A stretch of 63,015 nt of DNA, the filler included, from Deltaproteobacteria bacterium (GTDB taxonomy: Bacteria > Myxococcota > JACRCW01), in assembly GCA_016218805.1 (NCBI GenBank). It is 7 parts of 7 records of this genome, joined end to end, with 100 filler letters (N's around TTAATTAATTAA, not from the genome) between each part and the next. Parts side by side here need not be neighbours in the genome. Positions count along the whole stretch, not along the records: positions 3,480 to 19,239 come from JACRCW010000001.1; positions 19,340 to 31,263 come from JACRCW010000055.1; 5 more parts are not named here. One strand, 5' to 3'. A program made the position numbers and the translations under genes. The first letter of the stretch is position 1. Every line of letters starts with the position of its first letter. Below the pieces are notes generated by a model that saw only the letters and a program-made list of their open reading frames with translations, was not told the DNA's origin and ran no database searches. Positions 9,134-19,480 of the stretch are shown one piece after another.

Positions 9134-10968
9134 GCGCCACCCCCGGGCGCCGGAGCGGGGCGGGCCACCGCGCGTGCGGGGTCCCCCGGCAGCGTGAGGA
9201 ACGCCCAGGTTGCACCCGCCACCGCCGCCACGGCGACGACAATCCCCACCGCGCTCAGGGTGATGACGCCCGCGCCCGACCAGGTCAGCCCGTTGGCCAG
9301 CCAGTACGCCTGCGCCACAGCGGGCCGCGACACCTCCAGCATGTACCGGTCATACGCCAGCTTGGCGCCGGCCAGCAGCGCCGCGCCGCCCGCCACGGCG
9401 GCCACCGCGCCTGCCGCCGCCACCGTGCCCAGCACCACGCCCACCACCCCCCCGGCGATCTTGAGCCGCCGCGTGCGCGCGGCTCCGGTCAGCTCCGGGC
9501 GCAGGGAGACGCTGCGCTCCTCGTCCGCTTCCAGGCGCAGGCGGGCCTTGGCGGGCAGGTGCCAGGCGCGCCGGATCTCCAGGTCATGGAAGCCCGGTTC
9601 CACCTTCCAGGAGCGCCCCGCCACGCGCCGGCCGTTCAGGTACACCTCGTCACCGCTCTCCACGGAGCCCGTGGCCAGGGTGAGCCGCGCCGGCAGCGGG
9701 GCCAGCGTCAGTTCGCCCAGGTCCACGGCGCCCGCGTCACGCACGGTGACGTCAGCCACGGCGCGCACGTGGTGGTGCGGCAGCCGAAGCTCCACGTTCC
9801 ACCGTCCCGGCGCCAGCTTGAGTTCCTTGAGCGGGGTGACCCCGGCCTCGCGTCCTTCCACCAGCACCGTGGCGCCCGGCGGGACGCTGGTGACAGACAG
9901 CAGGCCGTGCTCGCGGACCAGGGTGATGGCCTCCGTCAGCTCCGTTCCCGCCGTCACCGTTCCCGCCCAGCTCTGCGGGCGGTACCCGCGCGCCACAAAG
10001 CGCACCAGGTGGTCTCCGCCCGGCAGTTCCAGGGCGCGGCCTCCCACGGGAACCGCCGGCGCGCCGTCCACGGACATCTCCACGTTCTGCACCGTGGTGG
10101 TGAACCGGACGCTGCCCGCCGGCCGGAGGTCAAACCGCTGGCAGTTCCCGCCCTCCCACCCCGCCTCCACCAGCCGCTCCTGCGGGGCGTGCTTGGGCGC
10201 TTCCACGCGCACCGTGCGCCAGCCCGCCTCCAGGCCCTCCAGCGTGCGCGGCAGCGCCCCCAGCGGCTTGCCGTCCAGCACCAGCGTGGCGCCGGGGGTT
10301 TCCGCCGTCACGCACAGCCGCCCCACGGCCTGGCCGCGCGTTGCGGTGGCCAGGAACGCGCGCAGCCGTTCCACACTGACCGCCACAAAGCGCCCCGGCG
10401 GTGCCCCCTCCACGCGCAGCCGCCCCACGTGCACCGCGGCCAGCGTGCCATCAGGCGCAAACACCGCCGCGCCCGTGTCCGCGCCGGTGCCCGCGGTCTC
10501 GCCGTCCAGCGTGAGGTAGCCCTGCGTGAGGTTTCCCCACGGCCCGGTCTGCGTGGACACCACCACCGCCTTGGCTGACTGCCAGGCCAGCCCGCCCTCC
10601 ACGCCGCGCACCGTGAGGGTGGCCCCCTTCTCCAGCGGCTTGCCGCTGTAGAAGCGCAGCGTGGGTTGGCCGGGCACGGGTGACCCCATCAGCAGCGCCA
10701 GGCCACTTTCCTCGTCGCGCTGGATGAAGCGTGCGCGCTGCTCGGACTGGTCGGACCGGTGCAGGGTCACCGTGGCGGCGCCGGCCACCGCCTCGGCGGG
10801 CACCACCACCATGCCGTCCGCGGACAGAAGCACCCCCGGGACGGGCGGCCCGCGGCCCTGGGCGCGGTCCACCATCACCACCGCCTCAGGCGTGTTCTGC
10901 GCCGCGGCGGGCGGCGCCGCAGCCAACCCCAGGAGCATGCCCCACGCGATTCCCGCGCGACCGATCAT
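9130..10968 (-). CDS. PEGA-repeat protein with N-terminal trypsin-like fold (probably non-catalytic) and C-terminal TM helices
   Basis: LSVTSVPPGATVLVEGREAGVTPL PEGA motif; GVLLSADG and GADTGAAVF resemble a trypsin-like domain without catalytic His/Ser. Confidence 0.75.
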   Translation of the reverse strand: MIGRAGIAWGMLLGLAAAPPAAAQNTPEAVVMVDRAQGRGPPVPGVLLSADGMVVVPAEAVAGAATVTLHRSDQSEQRARFIQRDEESGLALLMGSPVPGQPTLRFYSGKPLEKGATLTVRGVEGGLAWQSAKAVVVSTQTGPWGNLTQGYLTLDGETAGTGADTGAAVFAPDGTLAAVHVGRLRVEGAPPGRFVAVSVERLRAFLATATRGQAVGRLCVTAETPGATLVLDGKPLGALPRTLEGLEAGWRTVRVEAPKHAPQERLVEAGWEGGNCQRFDLRPAGSVRFTTTVQNVEMSVDGAPAVPVGGRALELPGGDHLVRFVARGYRPQSWAGTVTAGTELTEAITLVREHGLLSVTSVPPGATVLVEGREAGVTPLKELKLAPGRWNVELRLPHHHVRAVADVTVRDAGAVDLGELTLAPLPARLTLATGSVESGDEVYLNGRRVAGRSWKVEPGFHDLEIRRAWHLPAKARLRLEADEERSVSLRPELTGAARTRRLKIAGGVVGVVLGTVAAAGAVAAVAGGAALLAGAKLAYDRYMLEVSRPAVAQAYWLANGLTWSGAGVITLSAVGIVVAVAAVAGATWAFLTLPGDPARAVARPAPAPGGGA

Positions 10969-11018
10969 GGCCCCAGCATGCGGTTAGCCCCTCCCCCGGT
11001 TCAAGCCCTTGGCCGGCG

Positions 11019-11342
11019 TCAGCCCGGGAGCGCCAGGAGCTTCGGCAGGGCGTCGCGCCCCAGCCCCGCTCCCAGCCGCCCGTTGGCGCGGCCCGTCGGG
11101 CGCCCGTCCTCAAACCGGATCAGCGTGGGCACCACGTGGATATCGTGGTCCACCCACAGCGGGTTGGACTCGTCGTCCATCACGCACTCCACGGGCTCCC
11201 ACCCGCCCAGGTCCCGCACCCCGTCCACAAACGTGGGCCGGTAATTCACACAGAACGGGCACCACGTTGCATGGAACAGCACCACCGCCTTCTTCCCCGC
11301 CACCGCTGCCCGGAGGTCCCCGGCCTGCGTCACCCGCTTCAT
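11019..11342 (-). CDS. Thioredoxin-family protein
   Basis: VVLFHATWCPFC and IHVVPTLIRFEDG; GGAGG RBS. Confidence 0.85.
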   Translation of the reverse strand: MKRVTQAGDLRAAVAGKKAVVLFHATWCPFCVNYRPTFVDGVRDLGGWEPVECVMDDESNPLWVDHDIHVVPTLIRFEDGRPTGRANGRLGAGLGRDALPKLLALPG

Positions 11343-11424
11343 CCTGCACCTCCGGGGGCCATCCATAGCCCCCGGATGCACGCCGCGCAGCCGCTCTTGC
11401 ACCCCATCCCCGGGTGCTGCCACC

Positions 11425-12606
11425 GTGACCGCCGCCATGGGCCCGCTTGCTGTGCTGTGGATCTCGGCCGCGCTGGCCGGTGCGCCTGCGCCGGCCGCGC
11501 CGGACCGCCTGCCGTTTGAGGCGTTTGTGTTCCAGCCCTGGCGGGACGGACCCGCTCCGGCCCCGGCCGAAACGGTGGAAAGCCTGGCCCAGGACACCTA
11601 CCTGGGCGGCGGCGGCGTGGCCGGTCCGGCGGCCCTATTGGGCACCGGGGTGAACCTGGTGGTGGAACCCGCCCTGGGCGCGGTGGCCACGCTGCTGTCC
11701 CATGACGCGGCCGCCCGGGACAGCGCCAACATCACACGCTCCACGGCGTCGGCGTACGGCAAGACGCTCTCGTACATGGGCTCGTTCATGCTGATGTGGG
11801 CGCTGTCCATCCCGGTGTGGGCGGGCCTGGTGCTGGCGGCGCCGGTGCTGGCGGGCGTGGTGCTGGCGGCGGCCCGCGGGTTCACGCCGGAGGCGCTGCA
11901 GGCCGGCGCGGGTCTGGGGCTGCTGCTGGGCGCGGGCGGGCTCACGCTGGCCATGCTGTTTGCCGCCGTCCCATGGTTCCTGGGACGCACGCTGGGGATC
12001 ACCGTGGGGGACCTGCTGTTTGAGAAGCTGGGGAGCGCGCGCAGCGCGGAGGAGCGCACGCGCGAGGACCAGGGTGAGCTGGAGAAGCTGTTGCGCCAGC
12101 GCGCGGTGGGTCCGTTGCCGTCGGTGCGGGCCGGCGTGCTGCTGTCCGCCGTGGCCGGGGGCGTGGTGGAGCGTGAGATGCGGTGGGACGGGCTGCCGGT
12201 GGCGGGTCCCCTCATCACGGCGGTGCGGGCGGGGGGACCGCTGCCGGACCGGCTGCGCGCGGCCCGCCTGGTGGCCGAACTGGGCGCCGCGCCGGAGCAT
12301 CTGGATACCGGTGCGCGCGCGCTGTTGTTCGCGCGGTCCGCGTTGCTGTCCGCTGCGCAGGGGCTGCTTTTGACCGCGGTTCCCGTGGTGGGGCTGGGGG
12401 GGCTGGCGTTCCTGGTGTGCGCGTTCATCCCCACCGGCGCGGCGCTGCCGCTGGGCGGGACGTTGCTGGGCGGGGCGCTGGTGGGTGCGGCGGCGCTGGC
12501 GGCGTTGGGTGCGCTCAGCGGCGCGGCGGCGTTCCTGGCGCACGCGTTGCTGCCGTGGACGCTGGCGCTGGTGGCCGGTCAGCCGGGCGAAGGCGCCGCC
12601 CCGTAA
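11425..12606 (+). CDS. Hypothetical multi-pass membrane protein
   Basis: Signal-like N-terminus and several hydrophobic helices; start could instead be 11437. Confidence 0.65.
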   Translation: MTAAMGPLAVLWISAALAGAPAPAAPDRLPFEAFVFQPWRDGPAPAPAETVESLAQDTYLGGGGVAGPAALLGTGVNLVVEPALGAVATLLSHDAAARDSANITRSTASAYGKTLSYMGSFMLMWALSIPVWAGLVLAAPVLAGVVLAAARGFTPEALQAGAGLGLLLGAGGLTLAMLFAAVPWFLGRTLGITVGDLLFEKLGSARSAEERTREDQGELEKLLRQRAVGPLPSVRAGVLLSAVAGGVVEREMRWDGLPVAGPLITAVRAGGPLPDRLRAARLVAELGAAPEHLDTGARALLFARSALLSAAQGLLLTAVPVVGLGGLAFLVCAFIPTGAALPLGGTLLGGALVGAAALAALGALSGAAAFLAHALLPWTLALVAGQPGEGAAP

Positions 12607-12630
12607 CCCGCGGGGCCGGCCGCGCGGCGC

Positions 12631-14862
12631 TCACTCCACGTAGCGCTTCTTGACCAGGTACCCCACGGTGTCCTGCGCGCAGTGCTCGCAGTAGCCGGCG
12701 TCCCGCATGAGGCGCGCGGTGAACTGGTCCACCGCTTCGCGTTCGCGGGTGTCCAGGTCCTTGGCCTCACCGTGGACCACCTTCAGGTAGTTCTGGGCAA
12801 TCTTGCGCACCTGGCGGCGGCGCTTCTCATAGGCGTCATCCTTCAGCCGGCGCAGGTGCGGCGCAAAGATCTCCCGGTAGTCCGGCTTCTCCCCCGCGGG
12901 CCGGTCCAGGCTGTGCGCGCCAATGGTGCCAATGAGCGCGCGGCGGAACCCGCCCTCGTCGTCGCCCTTGGGTAGCAGCACGTCTTCAATCAGGCGCATC
13001 AGGTCGCGGTCGGGGTCACGCATCTGCTTGGTGTGCGGGTCCGGGACCTTCTCACCCTTCACCCACGCGGTGATGTTGCGCACGTACCGTTCAAACAGGT
13101 CCACCGTGCTCTGTTCCTCCACCAGCCCCATGGCGGTGCGGACCTCCTCGTCCACAGTGTCCAGGTGGAACTTCTCCACCTCATCCACAAACGCGCCCGC
13201 GTCCCGGTAGCCGCGCTTGCGGTCCCTGCCCAGCCACTCATAGACGGTGGTCTCCTTCACCAGCGCGCGCAGCTCCTCCACCACCGCCAGCGGGGACAGG
13301 CACTTGTGCGCGCGGTTGCCGGCGGCCGCCAGCAGCACCGCGCGGATTTCGCGTGCGCTGGCGCCGTAGCGGCCCTCGTACTCGGACTGGCTGGCGCGCT
13401 CCGCGTACAGGTCCGGGATGACCTTGCGCAGCTCCTTGCCCTGCTGCGTGGTCAGGTGGTCCGGCACGGTGCCGTCCTCGTACAGCATGAGCTTCTCGGC
13501 GGGCTTGAGTTCGCTGACCACCTCGCGCAGGTGCGGCGGATACAGCGACGGATCCGGCGGCTCCAGCCGCGTAAGGACCGCAAACCGCGCGGCCACCTCC
13601 ACCGCGTGCGGCGCCACGTGCCGGTCCAGCACGGAGCGCTTCACCATCTCACGGTAGATCTGCGTCTCGTCGGAAAAGCGCAGCAGGTAGGGCGCGGTGA
13701 CCAGCTCAATGCGCCCCTTGAAGCTCTGCCAGTCGGGGTAGGCCTTGAACGCGTCCAGGTGGCCTTCGTTGGAGGTGGCCACCATCACGGTGTCCAGGAA
13801 CACCGTCATCATCTCCAGGGACGCGCTTTGCGTCTCAGTGGCGCTGAGCAGGTACTTGAACGCCTCCACGGGGCGCTTGAGCAGATCATTGAACTCCAGC
13901 AGCCCGCGGTTGGCGTCCACCAGCGGTCCGCCCGCCTCATGCAGCACCACGCTCTGCAGGCTCACCGGCAGGTTGCCGTAGCTCTTGTCCGCCGTGATCT
14001 GCCGCGTGTAGCCGTCCACGCTCATCTGCGGCTCCACGCTGACAATGCCGCAGCGGAAGCGCTTGGACAGGTAGAACCGTTCCACCTGCACGTGGCGCAG
14101 GACCTCGGCCACGTCACCCGCGTGGCTGTTGAGCAGCGCGTCAAAGATGGACCGGCAGCGCGGGCAGACGTCCCCGCGCAGCAGCACCTGCGGCACCTGG
14201 AAGTCCGCCGGCAGCTTCTTGTCATCAAACAGGCGCTTGATGAGCGCCTGGCGTTCCGGGCGCGGGATGAGCAGCAGCGGGTGGTCCTTCATGTTGCACG
14301 GGATGCGCGCGTCCAGGTCCTTGCTCTCCAGCAGCGCGTAGGACCCCAGGGAGGCGCCCGGGCGGTCTGACCCAAACCCCAGCGAGCCCTTCTGTACCTT
14401 GCTGGTGGGGAACACCCAGGCAAAGCGGTATTGCGCGCCCTGCGGCGTGCGCGAGTAGGCCTCCGCGGCGGTCTCCACGCACTGCAGCAGGCTGCTCTTG
14501 GCGCTGCCGTTGGGCCCGTGCAGCAGCAGCAGCCGGTCCGTGCGGCCGGAGCGCGTGAAGTTGCGCAGGTGCTTCACCAGCTCCTGCTGCACGCTCTCCT
14601 GGCCCGCCACGCGTCCCTCGCCCTCCTCCGTAGGGACGTCAAACAACTTGTGCCGCGCCACGGTGCCGTAGGGGCGGTGCACTTCATAGCTGCCAAAGTG
14701 TTCCACCGCGTCCGCCAGGAACTGCGCGCTGCCCCGCACGTGCACGCGCGGGTGTTGCAGGACCAGGGTGAGGTACTCATCCAGCGGCAGCACCGTGCGG
14801 TCACGGTCAAACGATTCTTTGACGCGGGTGGCGAGGGAACGCAGCAGCTCAGAGGTATCCAT
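12631..14862 (-). CDS. prkA: PrkA-family AAA+ 'serine protein kinase'
   Basis: LLLHGPNGSAKSS Walker A, ANRGLLEFNDLLKRP, EGRYGASARE, GYCEHCA C-terminus. Confidence 0.9.
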   Translation of the reverse strand: MDTSELLRSLATRVKESFDRDRTVLPLDEYLTLVLQHPRVHVRGSAQFLADAVEHFGSYEVHRPYGTVARHKLFDVPTEEGEGRVAGQESVQQELVKHLRNFTRSGRTDRLLLLHGPNGSAKSSLLQCVETAAEAYSRTPQGAQYRFAWVFPTSKVQKGSLGFGSDRPGASLGSYALLESKDLDARIPCNMKDHPLLLIPRPERQALIKRLFDDKKLPADFQVPQVLLRGDVCPRCRSIFDALLNSHAGDVAEVLRHVQVERFYLSKRFRCGIVSVEPQMSVDGYTRQITADKSYGNLPVSLQSVVLHEAGGPLVDANRGLLEFNDLLKRPVEAFKYLLSATETQSASLEMMTVFLDTVMVATSNEGHLDAFKAYPDWQSFKGRIELVTAPYLLRFSDETQIYREMVKRSVLDRHVAPHAVEVAARFAVLTRLEPPDPSLYPPHLREVVSELKPAEKLMLYEDGTVPDHLTTQQGKELRKVIPDLYAERASQSEYEGRYGASAREIRAVLLAAAGNRAHKCLSPLAVVEELRALVKETTVYEWLGRDRKRGYRDAGAFVDEVEKFHLDTVDEEVRTAMGLVEEQSTVDLFERYVRNITAWVKGEKVPDPHTKQMRDPDRDLMRLIEDVLLPKGDDEGGFRRALIGTIGAHSLDRPAGEKPDYREIFAPHLRRLKDDAYEKRRRQVRKIAQNYLKVVHGEAKDLDTREREAVDQFTARLMRDAGYCEHCAQDTVGYLVKKRYVE

Positions 14863-14898
14863 GGCCCGCGGAAGCCTGCCCCAGCCCCCGGGGCGGCG

Positions 14899-17277
14899 TC
14901 ACCCGTCGCGCGCCGCGGGATCCCCGCCCCACAGCGGCTGCACCAGGTGCCACGCGCCCGGCGCCCAGCCCGCCGCGCCCGGTCCGCGGACGAGACGGAA
15001 CGTTGCGCCCCAGTCCACCGCGGGCGGCAGCGCGGGCCGGCAACGGTGCGGCAGGACGCATGCTTCGTCCGGCAGTGCGCAGCTGCCGTTGTCCACGCAC
15101 ACGCCGTAGGAAGAACCGCACGCACCCAGCTCATCCGGCGAACACGTCCAGCCCACGCCACACGCGCTGTCCGCCGGACTCTGGCAGGTCTCAGCCAGCG
15201 CGGGCGGCCAGGTGAAGGCCGCTGACCAGGCCGCCAGCAGCGCGCCGCGTTCATGCACGCGGAGCGCGGGATCCCGCCGCTGCGGAACCCGGGCGTCTGC
15301 GGCGCCCGGGACCACGCGCAGCAGCGGTTCGCCGCGGTTGCCGGCGGCCAGCCGCGCATGGTCCAGCGGCTGATCAAACAGCCTTGACAGGTGCACCGTC
15401 ACGCCTCCCAGGCCCACGCCCGCGGCGCCCACGGGGAGTGACTGCAGGGCCGCGGTCAACAGCAGGCCCCAGTCCGCGGCAAGGGGAGTCCCGCGCCACG
15501 CGCTCAGGCGCACCAGCCCGTCCGGCGCGCCGGCCTGCTGCAGCATGGCGCCCACCAGCCCGTCGAGCGCTTCGCCCACCGCCGTGCGCGATTCCTCCAG
15601 CGCCACCGGGACCGCCACCGGCTCCAGCAGGTGACTGTTCAGCTCCGTGGCCACCCGCTCTGCGTCCAGCACCAGCGCCGGCACCACGCTGATGCCGCCG
15701 TCCGCGTCAAAGCGGTGGACCTCGCCAACGCGGACCAGGGCGTTGAGGGGGAGGGTGCCGCCGTCCGCGTCCAGCCCGGCCACCCGGTACGCACCCAGCC
15801 CCAGCAGTGCCGCCCGCACCAGCTGCACCGCCGCGCGGAGCAGGCGCGCGTCCACGGCGGTCAGCGGGATGCCACGCGGCAACCGGGTCAACCCCGAGGG
15901 CAGCGTCATCACCACGCCCTCTGCCAGCGCCGCATCCGCCAGGTCCGCCGCCACCGGGGCCAGCCGGTCCGCCAGGTCCGCGGCCGCACCGCGCAGCCAG
16001 CCCTCGGTCACGTCGGCGCCGCACCCCGCCAGGAACTGCTCCAGCACGCCCTCCACGCGGGGCTCCGTGCGTGACGTCAGCCCCAGTGACCGCCCCAATG
16101 ACGGCACCTCCGTCACCACGTCATTCACCGTGCCCCGCAAGGTCACCGCCCCGGGCGCACCGGCAAGCACCACGTCCTCCAGCCCCACGTCCACCACGCC
16201 GCCCGCGCCGCCGCCGTGACGGAACCGGATGGCCCCCGCCGCGCCGTCCGTCCACACAAACCGGTCACCGCCGTGGACCAACTCCACCGTCCCGCCAAAC
16301 TGGGCGCGCTCCTGCCGCACGGAGGTGCCGCCCACGCCCGCGGGAAGCACCACGCGCAGCCAGCCCGCCGGTCCCACCGCCGTCACCACGCCGTCGCCCG
16401 CGGACCGCCGCGCGTACACCTCGTCCACCACCAGCGGCGTCTCGCCCGCGGCGTCCGCCACCACCAGCAGCGCGCTGCCGGCCCGGTCGGCCGCGGCCTG
16501 CGCCAGCACGCCACCTTCCCCAACGATGCCGCTGAACAGCGCGCCGCCCTCCAGCCCGCAGCGCAACAGCAGGTCACTCACGGGCGGTGCGCCCGCCATA
16601 AGCAGCAGGTCCGTCACGGCGCGGCCCAGGGACGCGTGCGCATCCACCCCGCGGGACCGGGCCGTGTGATACGCCGCGCGCGCCCCCGCCATGTCACCCG
16701 TCCACAGCAGCGCGTCACCGGCGCCGGGGGCCGGCAGCTCCTCGGCCCACCCGGCGGGCATGGCGCGGCGGTCCACCAGCGCCAGCGTGGTGGACGCCCC
16801 CAGCTCCGCGGCCACCACGCCCGCCACCGCCTGCGCGCCCGGCAGCGGTACCAGCGCGCCCCAGGCGTCCGCCGCGGCAATGCGCAGCTCAGCCACCGGC
16901 ACGCTCACCTCCGGCCGGACCTTCCACTCCACGCGCGCGGGCACCGCCAGGGCGCCACCCTCCACGCGGAACAGGTAGCCTTCGCCCACGCGCGGCACGG
17001 GCACGCCCGGCCCTTCCAGCCGCGCCAGCGTCAAGGTCACGTCCGCCGCCACCGCCAGCGCCGGCACCCGCAGCGTCACCGTCCCGTCGGCACTCTGCAG
17101 CAATGCCCCGCGCGTCCGCTCCACGGTCACGCTCACGGCGTCCCGCTCCACCCCGCGCCCGCCACCGCTGCTGCTGCTGGCCCCGTTGCCCTCGGACGCG
17201 GTGAGGGAGTCATTCGCGGTCAGGCACGCGGCCGACGCCAACGCCCCCAGCACAACCATCCGGAATTGCCAGCGCAT
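14899..17277 (-). CDS. Large hypothetical lipoprotein (ZU5-like N-terminal region, Cys-rich C-terminus)
   Basis: LGALASAAC lipobox, Ser/Gly linker, SADGTVTLRVPALAV. Confidence 0.7.
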   Translation of the reverse strand: MRWQFRMVVLGALASAACLTANDSLTASEGNGASSSSGGGRGVERDAVSVTVERTRGALLQSADGTVTLRVPALAVAADVTLTLARLEGPGVPVPRVGEGYLFRVEGGALAVPARVEWKVRPEVSVPVAELRIAAADAWGALVPLPGAQAVAGVVAAELGASTTLALVDRRAMPAGWAEELPAPGAGDALLWTGDMAGARAAYHTARSRGVDAHASLGRAVTDLLLMAGAPPVSDLLLRCGLEGGALFSGIVGEGGVLAQAAADRAGSALLVVADAAGETPLVVDEVYARRSAGDGVVTAVGPAGWLRVVLPAGVGGTSVRQERAQFGGTVELVHGGDRFVWTDGAAGAIRFRHGGGAGGVVDVGLEDVVLAGAPGAVTLRGTVNDVVTEVPSLGRSLGLTSRTEPRVEGVLEQFLAGCGADVTEGWLRGAAADLADRLAPVAADLADAALAEGVVMTLPSGLTRLPRGIPLTAVDARLLRAAVQLVRAALLGLGAYRVAGLDADGGTLPLNALVRVGEVHRFDADGGISVVPALVLDAERVATELNSHLLEPVAVPVALEESRTAVGEALDGLVGAMLQQAGAPDGLVRLSAWRGTPLAADWGLLLTAALQSLPVGAAGVGLGGVTVHLSRLFDQPLDHARLAAGNRGEPLLRVVPGAADARVPQRRDPALRVHERGALLAAWSAAFTWPPALAETCQSPADSACGVGWTCSPDELGACGSSYGVCVDNGSCALPDEACVLPHRCRPALPPAVDWGATFRLVRGPGAAGWAPGAWHLVQPLWGGDPAARDG

Positions 17278-17480
17278 GCCATGCCACCAAGCAGGAAGCG
17301 ATCCACGGGGGACCGTCCGGGGAACTTAGGCCGTCCCATGGGGATTTCCAGTTGTCCGGCGACGGAGACGTGGAGAAGCGCCCAGCGGGGGCTGACAGGG
17401 GTGTCGCGGAGGGTTTGCCTCGCCCGCCCATTGCCAACTACCAAGGGCGCCCAACCCGCCCCCCCGCGGAGTTCCCACGC

Positions 17481-18983
17481 ATGCGCCCCGCCCTCACCGC
17501 CGCGCCCCTTCTGCTGTTGTGTGCCCGCGCGTTCGCTGGCGCGCCCGAGCCCACCGCGCCCGCCACCTCCGCGCCCGACGCCACCGCGTCACCCGACGCG
17601 GGGCCGGCGGCCCCGACGGAGACACCCGCGCCCGCCACCGCTGCTGCCCCGGATGGTGGACCCGCCCCGGCCGCGCCCGCACCGCAGCCGCCCGCGCCCG
17701 ACGAGACCTTCACGCCCATCCTGGTCCCGCCCGGCGAGGCGCCCCCGCTGCCGTTCCCCGTCGTCCTGTCGGTGGGGCGTGTGCTCAACCCGCGCGTCTC
17801 CGTGGCGGACTTCTACTTTGACCCGCACGTGCGGTTGCGCCTGCGCGGCGCGTGGGTCCAGCAGGACCCCAACGTCTACTTTGTGGGCCGCAACTCCGGG
17901 TTCAACATGGCCATGGCGCGCGTGGGCGTGTCCGGCGGCTTCCGGCGCACCATCCGCTTCAACCTCTCACTGGAGGGCGCGGCGGACACGCGGTCCGGCA
18001 GCAACCAGCTGGTGGGCGAGCTGTCCACGCGTGTGCGGGACGCGTACTTCACGTTTGCACCGTGGGAGTTCCTCCAGGTCACCGCGGGCCACTTCCGGCC
18101 GCCGTCCGACCGGGAGAGCCTGTCCTCATTTGACGCGGCGTCCGGCACCGGCCGCGCGGGCACGCCGCAGCTGCTCCCGGAGATGTCCGTGGCCACCCGC
18201 GGCGTGTACGCCGGGGAAGGCCTGCAGGTGCGCGGCATGGACCCCGGCCGGGACCTGGGCGTGATGCTGCACGGCGACATCCGCCCGCTGCCGTTTGTGG
18301 GCGGCACCTATGCGCTGGCCGTGGTCAACGGCAACGGCCAGAACCAGGTGCTCAATGACAACAACCAGCCCACCGTCTGGTCACGCATCACCTTTGGCCT
18401 GCGCAACCTGCCCGTGCTGACCCAGGCGGACGTGGGCGCCAGCGTGCACTACGGCCGCACTTCCAACATCGCCGCGTTGCCCAACACGTTTGATGACGAA
18501 GCCCTGGGCAGCGCGGTGGACGGCGTGGTGCAGTTGTTCGGTTTCCAGGTGACGGGACAGTTCCACTGGGTCCACACGCGGCACCTGACCACGCGCGCGC
18601 CCACGGAGCTGGCGCTGGGCGGCTTTGCCCAGGTGGCGTGGCGGGATCTGTTCGGATTCTCGCCGGTGGCGCGCGTGGCGTACTTCCAGCCCTCCAGCGC
18701 GCTGCCGCAGTTCACCGTCGTGGAGGTCACCGGCGGCATGCGTTACGACGTGCCGGGCCTGCCGCTCACCGCGCAGATTGGCTTCACCCATCCCGAAGAG
18801 ACCGGCTGGGGCGTCTACGACCTGGGCGCGGCCAACACCACGCGCGAGAAACGCGTCCCCGGCGCCCGCATCCCTGAGCCGGTCCGCCATACCGTGGGCG
18901 TCAACAACTGGTCGCTGGACCGCGCGGACGCCTACCCCATCACCAATGAGCGGGTGGAAGCCGTCCTGCAGATGAGCTTCTGA
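17481..18983 (+). CDS. Outer-membrane porin (OprO/OprP-like beta-barrel)
   Basis: Signal peptide, Pro-rich linker, RVRDAY, GRDLGVMLHG, AVVNGNGQN, terminal Phe. Confidence 0.75.
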   Translation: MRPALTAAPLLLLCARAFAGAPEPTAPATSAPDATASPDAGPAAPTETPAPATAAAPDGGPAPAAPAPQPPAPDETFTPILVPPGEAPPLPFPVVLSVGRVLNPRVSVADFYFDPHVRLRLRGAWVQQDPNVYFVGRNSGFNMAMARVGVSGGFRRTIRFNLSLEGAADTRSGSNQLVGELSTRVRDAYFTFAPWEFLQVTAGHFRPPSDRESLSSFDAASGTGRAGTPQLLPEMSVATRGVYAGEGLQVRGMDPGRDLGVMLHGDIRPLPFVGGTYALAVVNGNGQNQVLNDNNQPTVWSRITFGLRNLPVLTQADVGASVHYGRTSNIAALPNTFDDEALGSAVDGVVQLFGFQVTGQFHWVHTRHLTTRAPTELALGGFAQVAWRDLFGFSPVARVAYFQPSSALPQFTVVEVTGGMRYDVPGLPLTAQIGFTHPEETGWGVYDLGAANTTREKRVPGARIPEPVRHTVGVNNWSLDRADAYPITNERVEAVLQMSF

Positions 18984-19026
18984 ACTCCAGCGGAGCCAAT
19001 CCCCGGCCTGATGCTCCAGCGCCGTA

Positions 19027-19225
19027 TCCGGCAACCCCCAAACGGCCTCCGGACACTCCGGAACGGGGGTGCGGCGTGCACCCGTCACATTCCGGACCCT
19101 CCGGAACGCGTCTGGGGAATCGCCAAAGGCGTTCCGGACCCTTCGGAACGCGTCTGGGGCCTGCGGGGACGCCTTCCGGACACTCCGGAACGCGTCTGGG
19201 GAATCCCCAATCGCGTTCCGCACAC
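19027..19225. repeat. Degenerate 21/42-bp-period tandem repeat (TTCCGGACACTCCGGAACGCGTCTGGGG core)
   Basis: TCCGGA units at 19048, 19091, 19133 and 19175 (degenerate at 19217), with TCTGGG at the half period. Confidence 0.85.
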
Positions 19226-19339
19226 CCCTGCCTACATCANNNNNNNNNNNNNNNNNNNNNNNNNNNNNNNNNNNNNNNNNNNNTTAATTAATTAANNNNN
19301 NNNNNNNNNNNNNNNNNNNNNNNNNNNNNNNNNNNNNNN

Positions 19340-19436
19340 CGGTGCGCGGCGGCCCCGGTGCGCGGCGGCCCCGGTGCGCGGCCGGCCCGGTGCGGCGGGC
19401 CCCGGTGCGCGGCCCCGGTGCGCGGCCCCGGTGCGG
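19340..19436. repeat. GC-rich short tandem repeat (GGCCCCGGTGCGC-like, about 7 units)
   Basis: CCGGTGCG recurs every 13-17 nt at the contig start. Confidence 0.85.
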
Positions 19437-19480
19437 CACAACCCGCCCGCAACGCCTTCATGCCCCCGCGCGGGGCTTGC

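Noticed and set aside
7805..10519. Long ORFs antisense to real genes (also 52806-55556, 49890-52385, 40431-42386, and the upstream parts of 22124-24889 and 37218-40196)
   Set aside because: Shadow ORFs produced by high GC content and codon bias; the opposite strand carries recognisable proteins.
19027..19225. CRISPR array
   Set aside because: Intervening segments are only about 14 nt and resemble each other, repeats are degenerate, and no cas genes are present.
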